A stretch of DNA of 63,984 nt, filler included, from Octopus bimaculoides (Eukaryota): assembly GCF_001194135.2 (NCBI RefSeq). It is 8 parts of 6 records of this genome, joined end to end, with 100 filler letters (N's around TTAATTAATTAA, not from the genome) between each part and the next. Parts side by side here need not be neighbours in the genome. Positions count along the whole stretch, not along the records: positions 1 to 4,960 come from NC_068990.1; positions 5,061 to 27,702 come from NC_069005.1; 6 more parts are not named here. One strand, given 5' to 3'. The notes below the pieces were generated by a model, which worked only from the letters and a program-made list of their open reading frames with translations, made no database searches and had not been told where the DNA came from. The position numbers and the translations under genes are program-made. Shown piece after piece: positions 1-11,024 of this stretch; the stretch's first letter is position 1, and every line of letters starts with the position of its first letter.

Positions 1-36
<36 letters not shown>

Positions 37-555
37 GCTCTCTCTCTCTCACACACATACACACACACAGAGAACAGTCGTAGTTTGTATCGATAAAATT
101 TGCATTTTTATGTAGTTTGTTTTTCTTCGGGTATAGAGAAAAAGAATTCCTTTTTCTCCTTGCCCTGAGACCTTGAGAATTTAGGACACAGTTCAGTGTG
201 ACAGGAAAAGGCAGAGAGTTAATAGATGTGCATGCGTGATAACGAAGTGTTCGAGAAGACAGAAGTAGTGGGGGAGGAGAAAGAATAAAATATTTGAGAG
301 AGGATAAAAGAATTTGGGTCAGGTGTGGAAAGAATATAAACAGTAAAGTGAAGGGTTAAAACTGGAAAGAAAGATCAGTTTAATAAAAGAAGGGGTGTTT
401 TCGTTGGCCAGGTTAATGACCGCCACGGGAACCGTGCCAACAGCGGTATTCACTCATCTACACGTTCATGAATACATGAACATATATATATATATGGAGA
501 GGACGTTGCCTCTTGTATGTATGTATGTATGTATGTATGTATGTATGTATGTATG

Positions 556-849
556 CAGTGGCGGACTTGGTCTAAAAATATTGGTTGCCAGGAAACTAAG
601 GGGGCCCACCCGCAACTACAATGCTACCATTTAACTTTTTTGTTTTTGTTTTTTGTTAAAAGTATTTTTTTCAATTGTCTAGAAACACAGCCAGGCTGAA
701 ATAATTAATGCATTCTTCCAGAATTTAATAAAAAAAATTCCCAAACTTGAGGGAATAAGCCCCTTAGATACTAACATGTGCCCCCATATATGGATTTTAA
801 TGGCGCAGAGGCCCACTTGCACTCGGGCAACCTGGCCAGTCCGCCACTG
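556..849. mobile_element. hAT-like MITE inserted in (TATG)n
   Basis: TIRs CAGTGGCGGACT(T)GG / CCAGTCCGCCACTG. Both flanks read TATGTATG, compatible with an 8-bp TSD but uninformative inside a microsatellite. Confidence 0.7.
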
Positions 850-860
850 TATGTATGTAT

Positions 861-947
861 GTCATTGTTCAATTTCATTTCAAGATTTCTAACCTAGATT
901 CAAGGCTCCATCACTGGAATTTCAACATCAACAACAGGGTATTTTTG
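861..947 (-). repeat. Short (TATG)n-embedded interspersed element, copy 1
   Basis: Near-identical to 61633-61744 apart from a 25-bp internal deletion. Flanked by (TATG)n on both sides. Confidence 0.75.
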
Positions 948-1134
948 TTTGTATGTATGTATGTATGTATGTATGTATGTATGTATGTATGTGTGCAAAT
1001 TTGTACCACCTTCATGGTTTCCTCATATTCCAAGGTTTACTCCGACGGTATATTATACTTTATTTCACGAGACGAAATGAAAATCGACTGCAGTACTATT
1101 TGAACTGAAAACCGAGCAGAAAGGATCTACATGC

Positions 1135-2102
1135 TTTCATTTGTTTACTTTCAGCATTCTCCTGTTTTCACAAGCAGTAAAATACTTTCATTTGCTTACT
1201 TCGACTGTTTTCATTAACAGTAAATATTTTTAATCGTCTGCTTTTAGCATTCGACTGTTTTAACTAGTTGCTGTTGCGAAAGAAGTAGTATGGAAGACGA
1301 GAGTGAAAGGAGTTGCAACAGGCATATTCATCTCTAGTCTCGGGTTAATCGACTTTTTCGTTTTCCACATGAAACGGAAAAAAAAGGCTGGAGAAGAAAT
1401 GTCTGTCGCAAAGTGTGTTTCGTAAAAGATGGAAGTCTGTAGCAAGTATGTTGCGAGTGAAAAAACATGTCTAAACGAGAACAAAATAAAGGGAAAAAAA
1501 CAAAGTCTTCAGTGTAAGTATATGGTTTGTGGGGTCGACCGCGTCCTCCGCTTCATTTTTTGTAAATCACTCGTTCTCATTAATATGTATATATTTTAAT
1601 TCTTTATTCATACGTTTCGTCTCATTCGATCCCAAGGACACCAATGTTTGTTTTTTCTGTCCTCGTATCGTCCCCTCTTTTTCTCAACCTTATATGGTTA
1701 ATAAAGAAATTGACTGTTTTAATTAGTTGTAAATACTTTCATTCGTTTAATATTAGCATTCTCCTGTTTTCACTAGCAGTAAAATGCTTTTATTCGTTAA
1801 CTTTCAGCATTCGACTGTTTTCGTTAGCAGTAAATACTTTTTATCGTTTGCATTCGACTATTTTCATATTTTCGTTCGTCAGCTTTTAGCAGTCGACTGT
1901 TTTTGCTCGTAGTAAATAACTTCTACTCGTTTACCATTAGTATTCTCCTGTTTTCACTAGCAATAAAATACTTTTATTCATTTACTTTTAACATTCGACT
2001 GTTTTCACTAGAACTAAAATATTTTTATTCGTTAACTTTCAGCGTTCGACTGTTTTCACTAAAATTCTTTCATTCGTTTACTATTAGAAGTCGACTATTT
2101 TC
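1135..2102. repeat. About 50-bp minisatellite (TTCATTCGTTTACTTTCAGCATTCGACTGTTTTCACTAGCAGTAAAATACT-like) in two blocks (about 1135-1262 and 1706-2102) around a unique core of about 440 bp
   Basis: GACTGTTTTC / CCTGTTTTC recurs at about 50-bp spacing. Confidence 0.8.
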
Positions 2103-2199
2103 ACAAACTTCATCGCCAGAAAATAACGGAGGAAAAAAATCGTGAAAAAAATTTTGAAAGAAATTTTGATATCAGTAAAGAAACCCAAAACTATATAAT

Positions 2200-2455
2200 T
2201 TTACATTATTTACATTATTTACGTTTGACGGATATTTGTCCTCATCTTGTTTGTTGTTAACACAACGTTTCGGCTGATATACCCTCCAGCCTTAGTCAGG
2301 TGTCTTGGGGAAATTTCGAACCTGGGTTCTCATTCCAAACGATGTTACTATTATTATATTATTATTATTATTATTACTATTATTAATCAGGTCGCTGCAG
2401 TGAATCGAACTCGGAACCTTGGGGTTAGTATCCCGCGCTCTTAACCACTACGCAT
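2200..2455 (-). mobile_element. tRNA-headed short element: head (2388-2455), (AAT)n, then a hammerhead-motif tail
   Basis: A/B-box-like head GCGTAGTGGTTAAGAGC...GAGTTCGATTC. The same head and tail recur at 37455-38110. Confidence 0.75.
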
Positions 2456-2515
2456 ATGTACTCTACTAGAAGTAGTGAGTAATCCTTCAATCTAATGTTA
2501 ATCATATGTGTGCGT

Positions 2516-2546
<31 letters not shown>

Positions 2547-3689
2547 TATGTATGTATATCGTCACATAAGAACAAACAATATTTTATAAAATATTTATTT
2601 CATAAAATTACATTTTTTTCTTTTTTAAAAATTGGATTTTCTTTTTCTTTTTTTTTTTTTCTTTTATATATTTGGTTATGATTTTTCGCATGTTTCGCTT
2701 CTTATTCAATAGAGTTTATTCGAAGATTGACACTTTTCTAGATTCAGATTTTTTTTTATCCTTCAGATTTTTTCATCGTTAGTTAAACAAGAACAAGCAA
2801 AGACTTCAAACAACTGTCGACGGAGAATTTTATTGGTCTATTTATTTATTTATTTTTAACTTCAAAATAAATAAATAAATTAAAACCAAGCAACATTTTT
2901 TTTTCCATTTGTTCTCGTTTGGGAAATGTGAAATTCCCTGAAGTAGTACTCGACCTATAGATATCATTGCTAAATCATCAAAGTAGAAATGTGTTGTATT
3001 CAAGAACCACCACTTGACGTGTAACATGTATGACACCATACAGAGGTAACATTGATAACATTCAGATATGACAGAGTTCTCTTGGCTTAAAGATAACTAT
3101 TCAAGGCCTTTCAAAAGGATGAATTCCTCTCTTTTCAATTCATATCACTTTTATGGGTTCATTTTCTTTTCATAGAATAGTTTTAAAGTGAAACACTTCA
3201 GAAATGGCTGCTTCGCAGTTTCGTGGTTCCAGGTTCGATCTCAAGGCATGGGAACTTGTCACTGAAATTGATCAGACTGAAATTGTACAGTATCCCAACT
3301 GTTTAACCATATTTGTTCTTGGATACTAGGTTTAATCTATCGCGCTCTTTTACTCTTTCATCTGGTGCTTAGTTGCTTTTAGAATCCCGACTATATTCTC
3401 AGTTTAAGGATAGTTCTATATCGTGATAAGCGGTATTGCCTTACAATAACCATGAGTAGTGGATTATTGCCCCATCGCAACCCTCATCAATTTCAAAAGC
3501 TCTGGAAAAGCTTATGAGGACTTCCTTTCCTCTTCTGAATAAATGATAAAAAAGTGGGACAACAGATGACAAATTGGGTTGAACACCAGGTAGTCATAAC
3601 CAAAAGAGGAATCGGTGGCGTTTCGTTCCTTGACACATTTTATGCTTAGTCAAGACACTCCACAGTCAAAAGGTCGAGTTCGCTTAGCT

Positions 3690-4470
3690 GAAATAAAATA
3701 GTTTAAAAAGGAACAACTCACTTGTACACGCAGTAGCGGCAAAAATGTTCAAATTCGGCCGAAGTCGAATACGCATTTTATCCTGTCGGGTCGATAAAAT
3801 AAATCTCAGTAGAACACTGGGTCAATATAATTGATTATCCCCCGCTTCCCAAAATTTCAGGCCTTGTGCTTTTAGTAGAAAGAAATATTTATTATTAATA
3901 TTATATATTCTACTAAGGTAGCTAGCCGGCAGAATTGTTAGCACGCCGGGCTAGATGCTTAGCGGCATTTCATTCGTCTTTAGAACCAGGTAAATTTTGG
4001 GGGTCGGTATAATCGGATTTAACCCCTTCTTGAACTTGCTGGTCTCGTGCGAAACATTGAAACCAATATTTAATAAGGCGATGGGCTGGCAGAATCGTTA
4101 GCATGCCGGGCAAACTGCTTAGTAGTATTTAGTTTGTCTTTACGCTCTGGGTTCAAATTCCACTGAGATCAACTTTGCCTTTCATTATTTAGTGGTTAAT
4201 AGAATAAGCTGGGTATTTGGGTCGCTGTAAGTGATATACACTCTTTCCCGAAATTGCTGGCCTTGTGCCCATAGTACAAAGAATATTACATAGAAGCACA
4301 ATGCTTAACAGTATTTCGTCTGTCTTTATGTTCTGAGTTCAAAATCCACCGAGATCGACTTTGCCTTTCATCTTTTCAGGGTCGATCAAATTAGCAAAAT
4401 GTAAGCTCTGGAATCGATATAATCGACTTACCCGCTCCCCGGAAATTGCCGGCCTTGTGCCAGAATCTAA
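3690..4470 (+). mobile_element. Four head-to-tail diverged copies of a tRNA-derived SINE (here family B: ...GGCAGAATCGTTAGC...GCCTTTCATCCTTTCGGGGTCGAT...GGCCTTGTGCC)
   Basis: Units of about 180-200 bp, each ending near GGCCTTGTGC or GGTCTCGTGC. The same family is dispersed elsewhere in the window. Confidence 0.75.
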
Positions 4471-4769
4471 AATCAGTACTATACATTATTTCTGTATTAT
4501 TATAAATTCATTATTTTGATCCCATGAAATTGCACGACTAACAATCATTTTGTAATTGCATGACGACTTGCTGCTACGTCGTAATGGCATTTCAGTCACG
4601 GTTTACAGGCGATGCATCAGCTATTGGGAGCAGCACATGCTTTTATGTTGAAATAAATTGGCATTTTTTATTATTACTTTCTATGAACATGACGTAAATT
4701 CACCGAACTCGAGCTTTAACTGGACATACAAACAGTATGAATACGTACATACATACATATATATATATA

Positions 4770-4960
4770 CTCTTTTACTTCTTTCAGTCATTTGATTTCG
4801 GTCATGCTGGAGCACCGCCTTTAGTCGAGCATCGACCCCAGGACTTATTCTCTGGAAGCCTAGTACTTATTCTATCGGTCTCTTTTACCGAACCGCTAGG
4901 TTACCGAGACGTAAACACACCACCATCAGTTGTCAAGCGATGTTGGGGGGACAAACACAG
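4770..4960 (-). mobile_element. SINE family A, 3' half, truncated by a gap
   Basis: Reverse complement of the tail seen at 9575-9770 and 47270-47460. Confidence 0.8.
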
Positions 4961-5060
4961 NNNNNNNNNNNNNNNNNNNNNNNNNNNNNNNNNNNNNNNN
5001 NNNNTTAATTAATTAANNNNNNNNNNNNNNNNNNNNNNNNNNNNNNNNNNNNNNNNNNNN
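4961..5060. other. Assembly gap marker 44N-TTAATTAATTAA-44N (12-mers also at 27747, 47078, 49743, 52718, 56511 and 62248)
   Basis: Identical 100-bp construct repeated in the window. The 12-mer has stop codons in all six frames, so it is artificial. Confidence 0.95.
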
Positions 5061-6071
5061 TATATATATATATATATACATACATACATATACATATATA
5101 TACATATACATGCATATATATATATATACATACATACATACATACACATATATACATACATATATGTATATACATATATATATATACACATACATATACA
5201 TATTTACATATATATATATATACATATATATATATACATACATATACATATATACATATATATATATGCATATATATATACACATTACACATACATATAT
5301 ATATATATATATACATTATATATATATATATATATATACACACACAAATATATATATATTTTAGTTTTTGTGGGATTGAACTAGTTTGGGCGTTCTTGAT
5401 TTAAGGTAGTTTTTATTTTATATACCGCATCATATATGGTCCTTCATTTGGATTCAAATTCTACTCAGGGTTATATTTGTTTAGGTGTTACTAGTTTATG
5501 AAAGTTTCCCTATATATATATATATATATAGATAGATAGATATATATATGCACACATGCTTATACAATATATACATATAAAAATATATATACAGTATTAG
5601 ATACATATATGATTTTAAGTATATAATATTTATTGTATACTTTACATTTTATATAGGCATATATAAGTCTATCGATCGATCGATAGAGAGAGAGATTGGT
5701 ATATTAGTATATAAAACCATGAAAATGTGCGTGTATGTACTATATATACATATTTACTTTAGAAGTGTGTATGCATATATATATATTTATTTAATATAAT
5801 ATACAAATTTATTTATTTTTGCATTTGTATATAATGTGTGGTGTATGTGTGAGAGTGTAATGATATATAACTATAAATATATATATATATATANNNNNNN
5901 NNNNNNNNNNNNNNNNNNNNNNNNNNNNNNNNNNNNNNNNNNNNNNNNNNNNNNNNNNNNNNNNNNNNNNNNNTCATAATGTACTTATCGTAACTATTCA
6001 TAATTTAAAACCTCTAAGGAATATTAACCATTAGATGTTACATATAAACAAATGCACGCACACACATACAT

Positions 6072-6126
<55 letters not shown>

Positions 6127-6312
6127 AATTTATATTTACTAAATTTTGTGGCGTAGGGTAATCACAAACCGTAAACACGAAGTGTGTTCTTAAATGAGGT
6201 TATATTATTTCTTATAGTAATAAGCTTTGCACACAGACCAGATATATATGTATATTCCTACCTTCTCACAAACAATACATTGATTTTGCCCAAATGCTTA
6301 CATAATACGAAC

Positions 6313-6429
6313 CTTTGCATCGTAGAGCACCCTAGCTTTAGTCGGATCTGGCTCAAAACAGAGGACCAGCTCCCCCAGATGGAAGTTGTACTTCAACGTT
6401 CTTGATTCACGAGATCTCCCAGAGGCCAT
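6313..6429 (-). CDS. msl3: First coding exon of male-specific lethal 3 homolog (chromo-barrel N-terminus), [39 protein letters not shown]
   Basis: The peptide matches the MSL3 N-terminus (vertebrate [25 protein letters not shown]). It ends at a phase-0 donor AAG|GTTCGT at 6312. An in-frame upstream ATG at 6486 is an alternative start. No further MSL3 exons were recognised in 1-6312. Confidence 0.9.
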
Positions 6430-6540
6430 CGGACTATTACCGTGTTGTTCTCCGCCATGTATAAATGGGATGTCCCCTTGCAGCATTTGCGTTTATGACT
6501 GTCGTGATGTGCACAAGATTTTTGAACGCTTACTGTGTTT
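6430..6540 (-). promoter_or_regulatory. Probable 5'UTR/core promoter region of msl3, with a YY1-like CCGCCAT motif at about 6452-6458
   Basis: CpG-containing non-repetitive stretch immediately upstream of the start codon. The function is inferred from position. Confidence 0.35.
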
Positions 6541-7877
6541 CTGTCAGTATGTGCGTGTATGTATCAATTTATAGAAATAAAACTACACACACAGATATAC
6601 ATGTCTACATATTTATATATACATTTATATTACATTAGATTATATATACATATTTACTTAAATAAAGTACCAACACCCACCATTTTATTATATGCATTTT
6701 ATATTTTATACAGACAAACACGAATGTATACAAACGCCTAATATTTAAACTAAAGGTGACAATTACGATAGTAAACATTGTAAAATACTGAGTCTGGACT
6801 TTATTTTTAGCTGAATTACGTGCATATTGTTCTCGGTTAGTTAATGTTAGTTAAATTACAGCTGTCGTACATAGGATCGATTTCCATCACCCCCTCCCCT
6901 CGTTAATTGCTTTATATGCCTGTTTGATTCAACAACCTTCAACCCTTTCTTGTATTAATTGCTTTATTACTGGGATTGTAAGAAATATAAAGCAACCGAT
7001 TAAAAGATTTATCCTCAATCGGAATACTTAAAACTTATTTAAAAATAAAAAAAAAGAGAAAGAACAAACGTTATTTTTTAAAGTAGTAATATTAAAAATT
7101 ATTTTAAAAATTAAAATGAAAAATACATTTATACATAGAAAAAGTTGATTCTTTTTCCCTGATACTACGCCAGCACATGTTTTTATAAATATTAATATTA
7201 GCCTAAATATCGATTTTATCGAAACAACAAATCACCCACTATTTCCATTCTCTTGGAATCGGTTTTTAACAAGCAATGCTGTTTATAGTTGTGATTGTCG
7301 ATGTTGTTGAGCTCCAGCTTAGCTGTCATCATACAAAACAGCTTTTTTTTTAATGGCATTCCATCCGTGACTATCTCGTCTTTATTATTACTTCTTTCTT
7401 TTCTATGTACACGGAACCGAGGTCCACATCATGCAACGTGTTCAGTACAAAGGTAGAGGGGCAATCTTAGGGCGATGTAGCTGCTATTTCTAGCAGATCG
7501 TGTGACCGAGCAGGGGCTCAGTCGCTGACTCGACGTTATCTTAAGTGTTCACCATACAGACGTTTCCTCGCACACTTTTATTTGTGGGTGTGTATATGTG
7601 TGTGTGTGTGGGTGCGTGTGTGTGTGTGTATACATGCGCGTAAACACGCGTTTTTAGAAAGGAAGAGGGAGAGTCAGAGATATGTACATACAGGAATTCC
7701 AACCACGTTTCGTGGTTCACCACCTCAACAGCTCCTTTATAGGATCCAGTAGCTAAAGACATCAGGAGGAAGCACGTCCGGTTTCGGTCCCTATATACAT
7801 ACAACCGAACAAAACCGATTTTATATATCTACTAATTTTGTATTTTAGAAGTTATTTCGTGTACACGCACACACATA

Positions 7878-8094
7878 CGACGGGGTGCTGAAAAGTTCCT
7901 GGCTTTAAGGGGTTCGCGAAAGGCCTTACTGGAGGCCCATCCTTCCGAGTTCTTTTACAGGGCTTAGAAAAACTGAAGGACTGCTGCAATAAGTGTGTGA
8001 ATCTGAGAGGGGAATATGTTGAATAAAATCATAATTAACTGATCCTCCTGTATTTTCTTTTACCCAAAGCCAGGAACTTTTCAGTACCCACTTG
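7878..8094 (+). mobile_element. Mariner-derived MITE
   Basis: TA-flanked TIRs CGACGGGGTGCTGAAAAGTTCCTGGCTTT / AAAGCCAGGAACTTTTCAGTACCCACTTG. Internal remnant of the mariner C-terminus (...NKCVNLRGEYVE*). Confidence 0.85.
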
Positions 8095-8098
8095 TATA

Positions 8099-8275
8099 AA
8101 GGGTTGCTCGTTGTGGCCGATCAGAGAGTAACCATTGATTTGTACCTATAAGGTTCTTAGCGGTATAGGTAACCCATCAAACTTGATGGTCGGAGGTACG
8201 AGTCACCTATACCACTAAGAACTTATAGGTACGAAACCAATGGTCATTGTCTGACCAGTCATACCAATAACCCTC
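8099..8275. mobile_element. Hairpin MITE with arms of about 70 bp, TA-flanked
   Basis: CCATTGATTTGTACCTATAAGGTTCTTAGCGGTATAGGT is inverted as ACCTATACCACTAAGAACTTATAGGTACGAAACCAATGG. Confidence 0.75.
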
Positions 8276-8351
8276 TAAGTACTACTGCTTCTTTTCGGAT
8301 TCATGAACCACTGACCGATTATACATACATATATAAGTGTGTGCGTATGAG

Positions 8352-8580
8352 ACATGGCTGTGTGGTAAGAAGTTTGCTTCCTAACCACACGGTTCCGGGT
8401 TCAGTTCCTCTGCGTAGCACCTTGAGCAAGTGTCTTCTACTATAGCCTTGCACCAACAAAAACCTTGTGAGTGGATTCAGTAGGCAAAAACTGGGGGAAA
8501 AAGCCAGATTTTAAAAAAATAAGTACTGAGGTCAATTCATTCCATGGCCGCAGTCTAATGACTAAAACAAGTAAAAGATA
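8352..8580 (+). mobile_element. SINE family A, internally deleted
   Basis: Head ATGGCTGTGTGGTAAGAAG...GGTTCAGTTCC and tail GACTAAAACAAGTAAAAGA. Confidence 0.75.
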
Positions 8581-8636
8581 TATTCATACATTATGCACAA
8601 CACAACATGAATCAGAAGGCCTGAAATAAATTTAAA

Positions 8637-8815
8637 TATTGATTTCAAATTTTGGCACTAGGCCAGCAAGTTCAGGGGAGGGGCTAAGTTGATTACATCG
8701 ATCCCATGTTTAACTGGTGCTTATTGTATGACCCCGAAAAGACAAAATTGAACTCGGTGGAATTTGTACTCAGATTGTAAAGATGGACAAAATGCCGCTA
8801 AGCATTTTTGCCTGC
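8637..8815 (-). mobile_element. SINE family B
   Basis: Reverse-complement match to the family B copies at 3690-4470. Confidence 0.65.
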
Positions 8816-8884
8816 CCTCCCCCTCTTATAAATAAATTTAAATGTTACAAAGCCTTAGCTATGTCTAATATCATAATAAATTAT

Positions 8885-9205
8885 AACAAGAGCACTTAGC
8901 GCAAACTTCCGCCAGGGCAACACCAATGTCCTCTCAACGATTAGCCAGAGATGATTTTTAGTATGAGAATATCTGAAATAAACTCGACTGCTCTCACAAA
9001 CGAGAATGCTAAAAATGAACCCGACCGCTCTCAAAAATTAAGTCAAAAAAGCAGGAAAAATGATCCAGTCACGAGGCCAAACATCCCAGAAAGTTTTATC
9101 CGAATCCATCCAGCGGTTCTTGAGATATCTTTCCACAGACAGACAGACAAACAAACAAACACGACTGAAAACAATACCACCGCTTCGCTAAGGCGGAGGT
9201 AATAA
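8885..9205 (-). mobile_element. Non-autonomous Helentron-associated (HINE/DINE-1-like) element
   Basis: On the minus strand it begins TTATTACCTCCGCC plus a palindrome, carries a (GTTT)/(GTCT)n microsatellite and a subterminal inverted GGCGGAAG, and ends GCGCTAAGTGCTCTTGTT. Confidence 0.65.
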
Positions 9206-9574
9206 TGTAAATACAATCCTCTGTGCTTGATGCGGACCGTTAAGCCATTTGTAGACCTTAACAGCTTCTCAGTTAATTAATAATGCACTACAAAGCGACT
9301 AATAAATATGAAAAGTACACTACGAGGCGACTATTGGTCAAAAAAATTAGTACTATCCTGACTAGTTCTTCTCTCTTTAGAGAACAAGAGCCTTTTCTTC
9401 TTCCAAAGGAAAGGTTGATAAGGTTGATACCTCATAACTATTTATACTATACACAAACCAGGATTGATCTGTTCCTGTCGTATATATGTATATATATATA
9501 TATATATNNNNNNNNNNNNNNNNNNNNNNNNNNNNNNNNNNNNNNNNNNNNNNNNNNNNNNNNNNNNNNNNNNN

Positions 9575-9770
9575 CCCCCCCCCCAACATCGCTTGACAAC
9601 CGATGCTGGTGTGTTTATGTCCCCGTAACTTAGCGGTTTGGCAAAAGAAACCGATAGAATAAGTACTAGGCTTCCAAAGAATAAGTCCTGGGGTCGATTT
9701 GCTCGACTAAAGGCGGTGCTCCAGCATGGCCACAGTCAAAAGACTGAAACAAGTAAAAGAGTAAAAGAGT
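9575..9770 (+). mobile_element. SINE family A, 3' half
   Basis: CAACATCGCTTGACAACCGATGCTGG...CTCCAGCATGGCC...GAAACAAGTAAAAGAG. Confidence 0.85.
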
Positions 9771-10284
9771 ATGTGTTTACGACGTCAAAGTTGTGATGAT
9801 TTTTGGTCGATAACTGATGAGGAACGAGCGTGTCTACATCTTTTGTGTATTTCATCCTGTTTTCCATATGTTCCTTCGTCGTTCCCCCGTGGCTCATTTT
9901 TACTGTAATATAAATGTACAGGCGAGAAGGAGAGAATGTTTGCTCACGTAGCTGCACATGTGTATCAATACATATGTATGCACGCATAGATCTATTTGTT
10001 CGTACATACTGGTGAGAATCTGTGCACCTAGATATGTATAGATCTGTATGCATAGCTAATGGCAGAATTGTGCAACTATCAAAGAACAGAGAAAAATCAA
10101 TGTTTGCAACAGTTTGCAAATATTGCAGAATATGATTCAAATATATTAGTGTTGAATAGCTCAAAATAATTGCTACAGAAACATTCAGGATGTGGTCGTT
10201 AATAATGGTGCTGGTCGGTGGTTCTTAACTGAAGTCCATACGACCCTTTGGGTCCATATAAGGCTTCTTTGTTAACATTTATCT

Positions 10285-10640
10285 TTTATCTTTTACTTAT
10301 TTCAGTCATTAGACTGCGGCCATGTTGGGGCACCATCTTGAAGAATCTTCAGTCGAACGAATCGACCCAAGCACTTATTTCTAAGCTTAGCACTTATTCT
10401 ATCAGTGTCTTTTGCTGAACAGCTAAGTTATGGGGACGTAAACAAACGATCACCAGATGTGGAGTGGCGGTGGTGGACAAACACAGACACAATGATACAC
10501 ACACACACGTATATACGACAGGCTTCTTTCAATTTCCGTTAACTAAATCTACTCATCGGCCCGAGGCTAAAGTAGAAAACACTTGCCCAAAGTGCCACGC
10601 AATGGGACTGAACCTGGAACCGTGTGATTGGGAAACCGCA
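10285..10640 (-). mobile_element. SINE family A, near full length
   Basis: Reverse complement of the head and tail motifs of family A. Confidence 0.75.
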
Positions 10641-11024
10641 CCTGTGCCTTTGTGCCAATAACATTGGTTATACTTGTGCAATGCACCAAATATTCTAACA
10701 ATTCTTTTTGTACAGTTCAGAATAATAACTAATTATAAAAATATAATGAGTGTTTTTAAAAATCGAAAAATAGAAATCAAATATAGAAATTAAAGAGGTC
10801 CACAGGCAAAAAATAGTTGAGAAGCACTGATGTAGATCGTTTCGTGGATGTTTGTATCGAAACTTCTGAATAAATCCGGTATAAACAGAGATGCACCTAC
10901 AAATACACACGCGTGCACGTATGTATGTATGTATGTATTATGCATGCATGTATGTATGTATGTATTTATGTCCTTATTCAATTTTACATCGACCTCAGTG
11001 CGTAATTGGTACTTATCCCATCGA

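Noticed and set aside
1135-2102. Regularly spaced repeats superficially like a CRISPR array
   Set aside because: The units are contiguous with no unique spacers, the context is eukaryotic, and there are no cas genes; it is a minisatellite.
5005-5016. Recurrent TTAATTAATTAA palindrome between N runs (7 copies)
   Set aside because: It always appears as 44N+12+44N = 100 bp, so it is an artificial scaffolding spacer and not a biological motif.
1-6312. Search for MSL3 exon 2 (IHFxGWxxxWDRW motif)
   Set aside because: Not found by eye on the minus strand; it presumably lies outside the window or in a gap.
7680-7800. Possible minus-strand exon (MSLATGSYKGAVEVVNHETWLEFL) upstream of msl3
   Set aside because: No homology was recognised and the splice signals are weak; a 5'UTR exon cannot be excluded without RNA data.
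9812-9890. CTGATGAGGAACGA...TCGTTCC possible hammerhead
   Set aside because: No GAAA or cleavage triplet follows the stem.
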